Notes: generated by a model from the letters alone, not told the origin. Shown: positions 37,501 to 50,400, counted from the first letter of the stretch. The stretch: DNA of 64,000 nucleotides from Macrostomum lignano (GCA_002269645.1 NIVC01001321.1:250525-314524), one strand, 5' to 3'. Numbers and translations: made by a program.

Positions 37501-40500
37501 CTGTCTGCTTCTGTGCCTGTCTGCTGTGTCTGTTTGCTTCTGTGTCTGTCTGCTTCTGTGCCTGTCTGCTTCTGTGTCTGTCTGCTTCTGTGCCTGTCTG
37601 CTTCTGTGTCTGTCTGCTTCTGTGTCTGTCTGCTTCTGTGCCTGTCTGCTTCTGTGTCTGTTTGCTTCTGTGTCTGTTTGCTTCTGTGCCTGTTTGCTTC
37701 TGTGTCTGTTTGCTTCTGTGTCTGTCTGCTTCTGTGCCTGTCTGCTTCTGTGTCTGTCTGCTTCTGTGCCTGTTTGCTTCTGTGTCTGTCTGCTACTGCT
37801 TCTGTGCCTGTTTGCTTCTGTGTCTGTCTGCTTCTGTGCCTGTCTGCTTCTGTGCCTGTCTGCTGTGTCTGCTTCTGTGCCTGTCTGCTTCTGTGTCTGT
37901 CTGCTTCTGTGCCTGTCTGCTTCTGTGTCTGTTTGCTTCTGTGTCTGTTTGCTTCTGTGCCTGTCTGCTTCTGTGTCTGTCTGCTTCTGTGTCTGTCTGC
38001 TTCTGTGCCTGTCTGCTTCTGTGTCTGTCTGCTTCTGTGTCTGTTTGCTTCTGTGTCTGTTTGCTTCTGTGCCTGTCTGCTTCTGTGTCTGTCTGCTTCT
38101 GTGCCTGTCTGCTTCTGTGTCTGTCTGCTTCTGTGTCTGTCTGCTTCTGTGCCTGTCTGCTTCTGTGTCTGTTTGCTTCTGTGTCTGTTTGCTTCTGTGC
38201 CTGTTTGCTTCTGTGTCTGTTTGCTTCTGTGTCTGTCTGCTTCTGTGCCTGTCTGCTTCTGTGTCTGTCTGCTTCTGTGCCTGTCTGCTTCTGTGCCTGT
38301 TTGCTTCTGTGTCTGTCTGCTTCTGTGCCTGTCTGCTTCTGTGCCCGTCTGCTGTGTCTGCTTCTGTGCCTGTCTGCTTCTGTCTGCAAGTCTGCTTATC
38401 GTATGCCCAAAAGTGGGATTCGAACATGGCCGAGACTTCACTCCCCCCCCCGCCGCCAGGTGGAGCTCACCCCGCAGGGCACCCTGGCCGAGCGGATCCG
38501 GGCGGGAGGCGCCGGCATCCCCGCATTCTACACGCCCACCGGCTACGGCACGCTGATCCACGAGGGCGGCGCGCCCATCAAGTACGGCGAGTCCGGCAAG
38601 TCCGTGTTGATCGCCAGCGACCAGCGCGAGGACCGCCAATTCGATGGCCTGAACTACGTGCTGGAGCGGGCCATCACAGGCGACTTCGCGTTGGTGAAGG
38701 CCTGGCGCGCCGACAAAGCGGGCAACCTGGTGTTCAGGAAGACCGCCAACAACTTCAATGCGCCCATGTGCACCGCGGCAAAGGTGACTCAACTGTGACC
38801 TGACTCACTGGGTATTTGACTTGTGCTAACCCACCTCCTCATGGCTATCTGTGGGTATAGGCGCAACTTTTAAAATCGACCGCCCGTTTCTACTGGCAAC
38901 ACATGTCACGTGACAGGGCAGTCACGTGACAACTGGTTTGTCCAATAGCGACTTGCGTGTGTGTTGCAAGTTGAAACGGCCGGGCGAAATCGGAAACTTG
39001 CATATCTATGGGTATCCGTCTCTTCTCATGGGTATCCGTCTCTTCTCATGGGTATTTGTCTCTTCTCATGGGTATCTGTCTCTTCTCATGGGTATTTGTC
39101 TCTTCTCATGGGTATTTGTCTCTTCTCATGGGTATCTGTCTCTTTTCTCATGGGTATCTGTCTCTTCTCATTGGTATCTGTCTCTTCTCATGGGTATCTG
39201 TCTCTTTTCTCATGGGTATCTGTCTCTTCTCATTGGTATCTGTCTCTTTTCTCATGGGTATCTGTCTATTCTCTCATGGGTATCTGTCTCTTCTCATGGG
39301 TATCTGTCTCTTCTCATGGCTATCTGTCTTTCCTCATGGGTATCTGTCTCTTTCCTCATGGGTATCTCCATCTCAGACATCGGGCACTTAACCCATTAAC
39401 CCCATAGCAGAATTGCATTCAACGCCCCTTCCCTTTCAACGCAGGTTACCATCGCAGAGGTTGAGGAGATCGTTGAGACAGGCGAGATCCCACCTGAGCA
39501 GGTGCACATCCCCGGCATTTACGTCAAACGGCTGCTGCGAGGCGCCGCCTACGAGAAGCCAATTGAGCGGCGAACTCTGCGCAAAGCCTCGGGGCCCGCC
39601 GGGGGCGGTGAGTGTGGGGAGAATCTTTCTGTATGCTTTTTTCGTATACCTTCCGCTTCAGCAATCATGAGCATTGCCATTCAGTAATCCTAAAATCATC
39701 CGTCACCAAATCCTATCATTAAGATCCCCAAATCCCACCATTAAGATCCCCAAATCCCAACCATTGAGATTCCCAAATCCCACCATTAAGATCCCCAAAT
39801 CCCAACCATTGAGATTCCCAAATCCCACCATTAAGATCCCCAAATCCCAACCATTGAGATTCCCAAATCCCACCATTAAGATCCCCAAAATCCCAAAATC
39901 CCACCATTATAAATCCCAAGAGCCCTCGCTATAAAAAATCCTTCCAGAGGTCGGCGAGTCGTCGCGCGAGCGCATCATTCGCCGCCTGGCGCTGGAGTTC
40001 AAGGACGGCATGTACGTGAACCTGGGTATCGGGATGCCGATGCTGGCCGCCAGCTTCATCCCCGCTGGCATGAAGGTGCATCTGCAGTCGGAGAACGGCT
40101 TCCTCGGCCTAGGCCCGTATCCCACAGCCGAGCAGGTGGACCCGGACCTAATCAATGCTGGCAAGGAGACGGTGACGGCACTGCCAGGAGCTGCCTACTT
40201 CGACTCGGCGTCCAGCTTCGCCATGATCCGCGGCGGCCACATCGACCTGACGGTGCTTGGCGCGATGCAGGTGTCAAAGACTGGCGACCTGGCCAACTGG
40301 ATGATTCCTGGAAAGCTGGTCAAAGGCATGGGCGGCGCAATGGACCTGGTGGGGGCGCCGGGGACCAAAGTGGTGGTCACTATGGAGCACTGCGCCAAGG
40401 TGAGGCTGCGCCGCTCGATCGCTTCAGGCTTCAGCGGGTGCAGGAGGTGGAGTTGCAGAAGTCCAACTTAGGGCGGTGCTGCAGCTTCGAGGTTACAGGG

Positions 40501-41329
40501 TGGCAATCAGAAGGGCAACGTGCACTTTCACTGTTTGATGAATGAGGCTAGAGGCCTCGATCCTTAAGGGTGCCCCACAGACCCGGGTTACTGATCCTGG
40601 CTACGGTCGATTCCACCGAACCGCGTACGTTCGACGCTTCAACGACGCAGATTCGAGTGGGGACTGGGCGGATCGACGCTTCAACTCCCTCTAGGGTGCC
40701 TAACCCTAACAAAGGACAAACACCAAGTCGAAGGCTTACCAGTTGGAGGTGCGGCACGAATCAGCACAGCGCAGGCAAAAACAACTATGAAAAGGGGGGG
40801 TTTGGGGGTAGCACTGCTAGCGAACGAGAATAGGCCAGTGTAAAGCTAAGCGTGGGCTAGACAAAATGACAAAAGTATGGGGGCATAGGTGACGAGACTA
40901 AAGGCTTAGCCAATTAGCGCGGCGCATGGAAACAGTGGGAAAGGTGCAACTAGGGTGGGGGTCGCTAAAGCAGTAAGTTTAGAGTAAGAAAATGGAGAGG
41001 GGGTAAGCTCTGGGCGCTGATTGCATGCACATTCACTACTGCTGTATAGGATGAAGGAACAATGGCATTGTGCAGGAACCTCATGAATTACCCTGTCCCT
41101 GGTCCCGCAGGACGGTAAAGCGAAGATCCTGGACAGGTGCAGCCTGCCCCTCACCGGCAAGGCCTGCGTCGACATGCTGATCACCGAGAAGGCCGTGTTC
41201 ACCGTGGACCCGGAGCAGGGTCTGGTGCTCACCGAGATTGCTGAAGGTATTTCAGTTCAGGACCTGGTGGAGTGCACGGAGGCGCAGTTCCAGGTGTCTG
41301 AGCAGCTGACCATGATGGGGCAGATCTGA
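34552..41329 (+). CDS. OXCT1: Succinyl-CoA:3-ketoacid CoA transferase (SCOT), mitochondrial, 519 aa; exons 34552-34602, 37132-37482, 38460-38783, 39445-39607, 39948-40399, 41111-41329
   Basis: Motifs [62 protein letters not shown], catalytic LQSENG and [10 protein letters not shown]. All introns are GT-AG and in phase. Exon 1 ([17 protein letters not shown], donor GTAAGT) completes an Arg/Ser-rich presequence and is less certain than the other exons. Confidence 0.93.
36582..36752. mobile_element. hAT-type palindromic MITE, second copy (inverted relative to 17668-17839), in OXCT1 intron 1
   Basis: Same arms (CATACATGCACAATCTTGGGAATCACC ... GGTGAATCCCTAGGTTGTGCCTAAGCATG) and central AGTCACGTGACT; TSD not clean. 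Confidence 0.75.
37495..38385. repeat. 16-bp intronic minisatellite GTCTGCTTCTGTG(C/T)CT
   Basis: Fills almost all of OXCT1 intron 2; source of the five >400-aa pseudo-ORFs. Confidence 0.95.
38856..39010. mobile_element. Related hAT-type MITE (CATAGGCGCAAC-type ends) in OXCT1 intron 3
   Basis: TATAGGCGCAAC...GTTTCTACTGGCAACACATG, two TCACGTGAC cores, and CCAATAGCGACTTGCGTGTGTGTTGC...AACGGCCGG...ACTTGCATATCTATG. Confidence 0.6.
39011..39365. repeat. ~20-bp intronic minisatellite TCTTCTCATGGGTATCTGTC
   Basis: Tandem unit read directly. Confidence 0.9.
39715..39910. repeat. 45-bp higher-order repeat (22+23 bp) in OXCT1 intron 4
   Basis: Alternating AAGATCCCCAAATCCCAACCATT and GAGATTCCCAAATCCCACCATT units. 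Confidence 0.9.
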
Positions 41330-41499
41330 GTGCGCTGCCGACTGATCGGCTCTCGCTTTGACCGCCTTGGGTCTTGCTGCTTGCCACTCCATTTTGATGA
41401 CTTTTTTGGAGGTTTCCGTTTAATAGCTTCAATTTGGTACATTTGAAGGTCAAGTTGAATGCATTTGCGCCTCTATCGAAAGTCGAGTTTTCACAACCA

Positions 41500-42272
41500 C
41501 CGCGATGTACACTCATTCCCTACCCGCTCAACCACCCCAATGTACACTCATTCCCTACCCACTCAACCACCCCAATGTACACTCATTCCCTACCCACTCA
41601 ACCACCCAAATGTACACTCATTCCCTACCCGCTCAACCACCCAAATGTACACTCATTCCCTACCCGCTCAACCACCCCAATGTACACTCATTCCCTACCC
41701 GCTCAACCACCCAAATGTACACTCATTCCCTACCCGCTCAACCACCCAAATGTACACTCATTCCCTACCCGCTCAACCACCCCAATGTACACTCATTCCC
41801 TACCCACTCAACCACCCAAATGTACACTCATTCCCTACCCGCTCAACCACCCAAATGTACACTCATTCCCTACCCGCTCAACCACCCAAATGTACACTCA
41901 TTCCCTACCCGCTCAACCACCCCAATGTACACTCATTCCCTACCCGCTCAACAACCAAAATTTACACTCATTCCCTACCCGCTCAACCACCAAAATTTAC
42001 ACTCATTCCCTACCCGCTCAACCACCCAAATGTACACTCATTCCCTACCCGCTCAACCACCCAAATGTACACTCATTCCCTACCCGCTCAACCACCCAAA
42101 TGTACACTCATTCCCTACCCGCTCAACCACCCCAATGTACACTCATTCCCTACCCGCTCAACAACCAAAATTTACACTCATTCCCTACCCGCTCAACCAC
42201 CCAAATGTACACTCATTCCCTACCCGCTCAACCACCCGAATGTACACTCATTCCCTACCCGCTCAACCACCC
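41500..42272. repeat. 35-bp minisatellite AATGTACACTCATTCCCTACCCGCTCAACCACCCA downstream of OXCT1
   Basis: About 22 tandem copies with no spacers. Confidence 0.95.
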
Positions 42273-42750
42273 CTAGATACAAAATATCGGAAGAAATTTT
42301 TTTTGCATGGTGCTAAGTTGAATTCCCGTTGATATTTGAGCATAAATATTTCTCTTCACGTGGGGTTATGAAATAGCAATTCACAGGGTGAGTCATTTAC
42401 ATTGAGCAACTTTCCTTCTGTAGTGGTTAATTATGGATTCTTAGCAATTAATTTGCTACCAATCTGCCAGTCCACTACAAAATATAAACGCTAACACTTC
42501 ATTGTAAAATGCGATGTATATTGAAAAGGCTGCGCCACATATTTATTATTTGGCTTATATTAATGAGAGTTATTAATATATAATTAGCTACATTTCTAAT
42601 GCGAGTGTTACTGTAATCCTGCTGTAGATTGTTATGTCTAATCATGCATTATTCAAACATCCTTGTTGTCAAAATAGACTAAAGATTTTCCAGTACTAAT
42701 AATTATTATAATTATGCATTATTATAATCGGATGATCGGTTTTCACTTTC

Positions 42751-42875
42751 TCATCGTCCATGCTTTTGCCGCCTGCTCCGCAGCTGCGCAGCTGGCATGG
42801 GGGCCGCGTCGCCGGGGTCCAGGTGCCTCAGGGCCAACTCTGCCGCTGCCGCCTTCGCCAGCCAGCCGAACAGTG
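42751..42875 (-). CDS. Putative terminal coding exon of an unidentified minus-strand gene (..LFGWLAKAAAAELALRHLDPGDAAPMPAAQLRSRRQKHGR*)
   Basis: GC-rich, host-like codon usage after a strong acceptor (TTCATTCCTCCTGCCCTTCCAG). No upstream exon with matching phase was identified. Confidence 0.35.
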
Positions 42876-43517
42876 CTGGAAGGGCAGGAGGAATGAACTC
42901 GTTTGGATCGCATTTTAGCCGTCAGACCCGTCTCCCATGGTAATCTGCGAATCCCTCTCTGGCAAATCTCTTTTCGGTCTCCCTGATCTGGGAATCTCCC
43001 GGTCTACCTAATCTGGGAATCTTTCCTTCCCTGGTCTCCCCATGAGAACCTGGGAATCTCTCTCCGGTCTACCCAATCTGGGGAATCTTCCTTTTCAGTC
43101 AGCTCATGAGAATCTGAGAATCTCCCCACCCCGGTCTACTGGAAACTCAAATCAAGTTTTGAGCAGTTTGAACACACTTTAATACCAAATTTATATCAGG
43201 GAATGCTCTGACAGACAGTAGTAATTAAGATAGGAAATTATACTTCCGTCACTGGCCCTCCTTCGTACCTTCCTAGCACAACGTGCACAATGTTAGTATC
43301 CGTAGCAACAGGAGCTTCAGTATCGGCAGCAGAAGCATTGACAGCTTCAACAACTTCAGTGTACCACAGCCAGGGCACTAACTACCAGTAGAAGTTCTTT
43401 TGCCTAATAAGCGTGCAGTGCTTCTTCTGGGACATCATTTTGAAGCACTTGAAATGTGTTTTGCTTTCTTTGTATCTTGTCAGTCATCCTCAGGAATCGG
43501 CGTTCCTAGAACTCAAC

Positions 43518-43619
43518 TTCAAGACAGATGGAACGTACCCAGTTGCAGCACCTGTCGCACTGCAGCCCATGCTGAAGCTGACGCACAGTTGCTCGACAAA
43601 TTTTGCAGTTGTCTGCCAT
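43518..43619 (-). pseudogene. Degenerate PHD-finger coding remnant (probably TE-derived)
   Basis: MADNCKICRATVRQLQHGLQCDRCCNWVRSICLEVEF*: a C-x2-C...QCDxC..W pattern with the His replaced by Arg and an early stop. Confidence 0.5.
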
Positions 43620-44133
43620 AATCGTACTTAGTGTATCAGGCTAGCTAGCTGCAGAGTAAGTCTTTGACAGCTATATTGTGGCGTAGGATTTGACTCGCTG
43701 CTGGGCTGCTGGGAATCCAAGGATGCCATATTCAAAACAAATAAAGTCGTACGGGGAGCTAAAGGTATAATTATTTAGTTAAATTAATTAACTAAATTTA
43801 TTCATCAGCCAATAGTTTCCAAATTCCAAGGTTCAGAATCAGATGAGCAATCCATGTTATTCATTTATCCATGTTGCAAGCATTTTGATACTATGTACAC
43901 ATAGATGCACGCAACGCGCTACCAGTAGCTCATTGCGTACACGCAATGTACAGTACGCAAAGAATGCATCTGGGCAGATGTGAACTAAAGCAGCACTTCA
44001 GTTCTAAAAATAGACAAGCGGAAATTTTCGTCGAGTATAACACACTACGCAAATTTCTGTTGATTCTGTACATTTTTATTTACTATATTTTTCTTTCTAT
44101 GATCCGAAACACAACCTATAACCGAAACGTCCA

Positions 44134-44147
44134 GTTGCCATAGAAAC
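44134..44147. promoter_or_regulatory. Canonical RFX X-box GTTGCCATAGAAAC
   Basis: 14/14 match to GTHNYY-AT-RRNAAC in unique sequence. Confidence 0.5.
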
Positions 44148-44888
44148 AAAAAGGGATCGCTGTACACGTGGAAAACGTGATTCGTAGGGATTCGTAATAG
44201 ATTTTTGCACAACTGTCAAAAAAATTGTCTGCAGACTGATGTTAGCCCCCTACACTATCACGAAGACGTTAGAGCAAAGTGAATCAATGTTAGACCTATC
44301 AATATTAAGCATATAACATTATTTTCAGATAAATTAGCAACGTGCTTTCTAAAAGTAGTTGCTAACTTTACTTCAGTTATTCAGTAAAGACAAAGTCTAT
44401 CACAAAGTTCACACTTACACAGTTACACAACTTACACAGTTACACTATAGGCCGCTAGTCAAATTTAAGCATCGGCCTAGTCTAAACAATTCTTTGAAAT
44501 AGCTCATATAATGTTTAAATTTACCACACACACTTCACTCTGCATACAAATGGTAAGAAAAAGTAAATAAAGATGCAGGATACCATGACCTGTAGTTTGT
44601 TGTTCAATAACAAGAAATTTTTAGACAGATTTTTTCTAATAAAATGTTTAAAATTAAGATAAGATAATTTGCATTTTTAATGTTTTATAGTCATTTCTCT
44701 AGAGTCAATTAATTTTTTCTATCTTTAAGTTTTATATTATTTTTATAAAATGATATTTAAAATTAAAATTTTAATTTATAGTAGAAGTTATTATAAAATA
44801 TAAAATAAATATTCTATTTCTTAGCCAACCTTAAGAACCTAGTGTAGGCTAGGCTAGGCCTAGTCATTATGTATAAACAAGCCCTGGC

Positions 44889-45078
44889 CAGGGGAGAGGG
44901 AGGGGGGATAGGGGATGTATCCCCCTCGAAGAGCCTAACCAAAACTTTTTTATTGCCCTTTGTTGCTATACATGCTATTATGTGACTCTTTCATAGCACT
45001 TTTACTTTGGTGTATCCCCCCATAGAAAATTCGCCTTGGTGTATCCCTTCCTATAGGAAATTCCTGGCTACACCCCTG
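44889..45078. mobile_element. hAT-type MITE (190 bp)
   Basis: Ends CAGGGG...CCTGGCTACACCCCTG; 8-bp TSD GCCCTGGC/GCCTTGGC (7/8 match). Confidence 0.65.
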
Positions 45079-45214
45079 GCCTTGGCCCTAGGGCCTAACC
45101 TTTGTGACTAGCTAGTATACTATATAGTCTTTAAAGATCAAGAATTATCTCCCTCACTTAATGACTAATGTGCGCATCGATAAGCCACTGGCATCGCAAA
45201 GTTGACACATGCAG

Positions 45215-46040
45215 TCTGCACTATGGCTCCGAATCCCTCCGATGGGAAGGGCCATGGGTGCACTGGCACCTTGGGTGTATCAGTCTACTTGAACTGGCAG
45301 GTTTCACTTGATAGAGTTCTTTCGAGTTCCCCACATCCTTGTCCAGACCAGGCCACCACACACAGCAGTGTACAAGCACTCTCACGCGGCTAGCACCAGG
45401 ATGAGCTTGATGCAGCTTTCCAAGGACGTTTGGGCAGATTGCGGACAGAACAACGACCCGGGATCCCCACAGCAATCAGCCCTGTTTTTATTGAGAGCTT
45501 GTGCCATTGGCCAGAGAAAGCTTTGTCTGCTGGGATCCGACAGCCAGACTGTAGACACGACAGCACCCTGCCAAGCAGCACGTCAGTCCGCGTCTTTTGT
45601 GCGATGACCTTGGCAGTCAAAGCCAAGCCTTGCCACCGCACCCCTGCTCCTGCTGATAGCTGCAACCGTCCCTGAAGTTATTGGCACGATTTTGCTAGCG
45701 TAGCGCTTTCGGATGCATAGTGATCCTGCAGGATTTTCTTGAGGTCTTCATAAGACTTGTCAGCCTCCTATTCTGGCTGGAAAAGGTTTTGTACGAGTAG
45801 TACTGTTTAGGCTTCTTTGGTGCTCAATGTGGCCACCTTGATAGTCTTCTCTGTGATCTTAGCGCATACGAAGTACTGCTCCAGACTGTCCACGTAGACT
45901 TTGAAGTCGGAGTCCTTGGACAGTTTCGGAATGCGGCTAAAAGTTGAACCCATCGCCATTGTGATGACTTGTAAACGAAGTCTTCGATTGCACTTGGAAG
46001 GGGCTCCCGATTGGCAGACAAAGAGACGTTGTCCATACCA
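45215..46040 (-). pseudogene. Internally deleted, decayed Ty3/Gypsy remnant
   Basis: Gag N-terminus from 45959 (SDFKVYVDSLEQYFV ... KSYEDLKKILQDHY) is joined almost directly to an integrase Zn-binding region (LHQAHPGAS..VWWPGLDKDV), with stops and frameshifts. A PBS-like TGGTATGG lies at 46040. Confidence 0.75.
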
Positions 46041-47094
46041 GCAGACCTATAAGCATAACTAGACTGCGCACCTTTGCACAAAAAGGAGACCAGCAAGAAG
46101 GCAAAGACTACTTCAAAATGCGATAGTCAACCCGTACGTAAGCGTGCCCCTTTCGGAGTGACGTTTATGGTGGTTAATGACTGGTCGGGCACCAACTTGT
46201 TTGCGCTCTCTCCCTTGCTCTGTCCACTTTGTGCGCCTAGTGTAGTGTACTTTCTCTCCCTCCGTCGCGCCCCTCCCTCTTCGTCTCTGCCCAATGCGCA
46301 CCCACCTCCCCCAATCTGGTTTTCGCCTTGTTTGTTTGCGCAGAGTCAAATTGAGTCGCACAAGCTGCATCTGATTCGAGTCATGGCCATGATTTTCATA
46401 AAGATCAAAATAAAAAACTAGCTAAAAATCTTTCACGCACAGGAAGGAGACCAGGAAAAAGGCAAAGACTACTTTGAACTGCGATATTTCTTAATCTGTA
46501 GTCTATTCGGAACTAGGTAAGCTATTCATTTATTCCTTTATTATTGCTAGTAATATTCTTTTTGCTATTTTCTTCTACTTTATTCTATCTACAACAAAAA
46601 GGTCTCATTTAGTCTGCAAGCGTTACATGTACGTTTTTTAAAATTTGTCATCAATACAAAATAAATCAGAATAGTAATAAATAGTAAAGCTGTTTAATTG
46701 CACATAGAGTTGGTTAAATGGTTAGCCATCTCTGTCCCACCACCACCAGTCAAAAGGCAACAATGCAGCGCAGGCCCTATGACTTGAGTAGGAAGGGGAA
46801 GCCCTTGCTATTGATCGTGAGGTGGTGGAGCTGGGGTGCCATTTTTGCTACTTGGAAAAGAGGCACACAATTTTGCCCCAGATGCGCAGTTTAGTTATAC
46901 TTATTGGTCTGTGACACTGTGGTGGCCGTGGGCTCCTGGCCACAACTTAGCCACGCACGTACAGATGGTGCATATATGGCATAGGGGTCCGAGTGTTCAG
47001 GGGGTGGGGGTGACTCGAGTGAGGAGAACGCAGCATTATCATTATATTGCTAACATGATCTGGTCTCAATCCTTTCCTTATAAAAAATAAGGAA

Positions 47095-47332
47095 TGTGTT
47101 GTGAATTGAACTCCGGCTGAAGTATTTAACTCATGAGCTTAAGATTCTTTATATTTCTTATTTGGAAGAGATCAAGAAGGTGAGCTATAGCAACTTTGGG
47201 CTGGGTTAATTACCATATAGAAGAAACTGTAGCGATAGAATGCTTAGAGGAGATTAGTGCAAACAAACGGCGTTGAATAACGAACTTGAACTTATATAAA
47301 CTATAGTGCATCTCAGTGTGCGATACACCACA
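47095..47332 (-). repeat. 3' LTR (238 bp) of the Gypsy element
   Basis: The minus strand starts TGTGGTGT and ends ACAACACA (inverted termini), directly after polypurine tract AGGGAGGGGCA (47343-47333). Confidence 0.8.
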
Positions 47333-47432
47333 TGCCCCTCCCTATATTCAGAAGATGTCAATTGGAACAGTGAAGTCGTTTTATGTCGTTTCATTAATTT
47401 CGCGTTTTTCTCAACCCTCCTCGGATACCAGT

Positions 47433-50400
47433 TTAAGGCACAAAGCGCTCAGGAGCGGATCGGTTTCTGAGGCTCCTTCTCAGCTGAACGGCTTCTTCAG
47501 GCACGGGTGTCTGAATCCCTGCGACTGGCTCGTTTCCGGTTTCTGGCACGCTGTTAGTCTCATCTTCGTCCTCCATCTCGAATTCCGATGGCCGGGGGGC
47601 CAGTGGGGCAAGGTGATTCGTGCTTGCAAGGCGAAGCCCATCGTCAGCGAGGATCCACGCCGTGTTTTGACCTGCCGTCATCACGAACTTTGCCGGGTTG
47701 CCGACTGAGGAGCTGCTGGGCGCATAGATCACGCTGTCACACTGTTCGAAGTTGGTCACCACCGGGACTCTGAGTCGCCGTCCAAAAAGAATTTCGGCTG
47801 GGCAGCAGCCCCGCGAAGAGGCTGAGTTTCTGTGGTGCAGGAGGACCTTTTGCAAGAAGCGGCTAAACTCCACGTGCGTAATTTTTTCAGACCAGGCCCT
47901 TAGTGCGGACTTGACGGTCTGAACGGCCCTTTCTGCGGCTCCATTCGCCTGCGGGTAATAGGTAGGTGACTCGAGCTTCTTGGCACCATTGGCGCGGAGC
48001 CACGATGTGAGCACTTCAGTGGTGAACTCTGGGGCGTTGTCCGAAACCACCAGCTCGGGGACGCCGAACCGTGTGAATACGGTACGCAGGCACTGAATGA
48101 CTGAATCAGCTGTGCGATCGCGGCAAGGAAATGCTTCTATCCAGCCGGAAAAGGAATCCACGATGACCAGGATGTTTCCAGCGCCTTTTACGTATGCCCA
48201 GTCCATGTGTACGCGCTGGAACGGATACGTTGATGGAGGCCAGCGATCCCTGTCGTGGCCGAGTTGAGGCCGAAGCCTGCAGCAGTCTGGACAGCGTCGA
48301 ACAAACTGGGCAACGTCCTGTTGCATTCCGGGCCACCAGCAGCTGGTAGACATTAGACTGTGCGCTGCATGCATGCCCGTGTGCGTGTCGTGAATGGCAT
48401 CGAACGCGGCCTTGCGCAGTCTTGGTGGAATGAAGACTCTTCTTTGCATGTAGAGTAGTCCATTTTCTAGCGTTAGTTTGTTTGAGACTTTTTTGAACTG
48501 CGCTTCTGCCTGGCTGCAGTTTCGCCAATCGCCTTGGCGGACGCGATTGAGAATTCTGTGGGTGAGTGCGTCTAACTCCATCTCCGCTGTGATTCGTTTA
48601 GCGTCGATCACAGGTGATTCAAATTCGATTGAATTAATCGTCTCGAATGTGGCCTTGTCGTCTGATGAGCTGTCATCGAATCTGAGTCTGGATAAGGCAT
48701 CTACGTGTGGAATGCTACTGCCACGTGCATACTGAATTCGGTAATCAAACTGCATCAGGTACAAGGCCCAGCGTCCGATTCGGGCTGAGGCATCCACTGG
48801 GACGCCGGATCCGGAGCCAAAAAGTCGGATGAGCGGTTGATGGTCTGTGCGTATTGTGAATGGTCGGCCATGGCAGTAGTGCTTCAAGCGTGCGATGGCC
48901 CAAACAATAGCCAAGGCCCCCCGCTCGATGTTAGAATAATTGGATTCAGCGGAGGACAGGCTACGTGACACGTATATCACGGGATGGCCATCTTGTGTTG
49001 CCACGGCGGCGAGGGCTCCTTTGGAAGCATCAGTGGTCAGCGTCAGTTCCTTTGTCAAGCTGTAGGGCTGGACCACAGGCGCTGAAGCGATTTCCAGCTT
49101 TAGGCTCTCGAACGCTTTGGAACACTCCTCCGACCACACGAACGGAACGCTTGCTTGTCGTAGTCTATTAAGCGGTGCAGTTTTGCCTGCAAAGTTTGGG
49201 ATGAGGCGGCCGAAGAAGTTTACCAAGCCAAGAAAGTGAGCGAGCTCTGATTTATTTGCTGGCGGGCACACATGGCGAATTTTCTCCACTAGGCGATCAT
49301 CGGGCTGAATACCAGCCGCGGATATTCGGAAGCCCAAGAACGAAACCGAATCGCAATAGCTGATGCTTTTCGCTTCGTTGATAGTCACGCGCTTCTCAGA
49401 TAGACGCGTTCGCACAGCAGCGAGGCGCTTCTCCAGCGTGGGTTTGTCTGGCGCGTGAATGAGAATGTCGTCTTGGTAGATAAGCAGTCCTTTGATGTCT
49501 CCTAGAATGGATTCCATGGTGCGTTGGAAGATGAAGGAGGCGTTCTTCATCCCCATTTGCAGCCGATTGACACGATAGAGCCCGCGGGACGTGTTTATTA
49601 CCGATAGGTCTCTCGCGGCTTCATCAAGCTCGATCTGCCAGTACGCCGAACGTAGATCGACTGTGGCGAAAGTTTTGGCGTTCTTTAGCTTGGAGAACAT
49701 GGTCTCGATGTGTGGAATGGGATATGAGTCTGATTTGATCTTCGAATTGACGTGCACGCTGTAGTCCGCGCACATGCGGAGAGTTCCATCCTTCTTCTTT
49801 ACCCACACTACGGGTGAAGCGTTACTAACCGGACCCTCTGTTGGCTCGATGACACCAAGTTGGTGGAGGCGATCCAGTTCTGCGCTGATTTGGCTTTCTA
49901 GGGCGAGTGGCACAGCACGAGCGCGGCAAAATTGTGGTTTAGCACCGTCCACCAGTTCCATTCGGGCCTTAACGCCTCGGATACAGGGCAGAGGTTCGAC
50001 GGCAGTTTTTTCTGCTTGAACATCGCTGGCATGGAAGACACCGTCAGACTCGAGGAGGTCGCGGCCAAGCAACCCGTACGTCTTTTCCGAAGAGACTACA
50101 ATCAGTTCCACTGGTTGAAGGCGTCCTCGTAGCTCCACAGTTGCAGTCACTTTACCAAGCGATTTCATGACGTGCCCGTCGAAGGCCTCCAAGCGCCGAT
50201 TGGAACGCATTAGTGGTGGCTTACCCAGCAGAGCCCATTGCGCACTGGAGAGCACGGAGACTGATGCTCCCGTGTCGATCTGCATTTTGAAGGGCTTATC
50301 GTTGATGCGCACAGTCTCCGTAGATACTTCAATCGAATTGAGCGCATCGATGAGATGCAGTACGTCTGTTTTTTGTTGGGCGGAATCTGAATCCTCCTCA

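Noticed and set aside
37153-38803. Five overlapping 400-450 aa ORFs
   Set aside because: They come from the 16-bp minisatellite of OXCT1 intron 2 fused to the real exon frames.
41500-42272. 35-bp regular repeat resembling a CRISPR array
   Set aside because: Units are directly adjacent with no unique spacers, there are no cas genes, and the context is eukaryotic.
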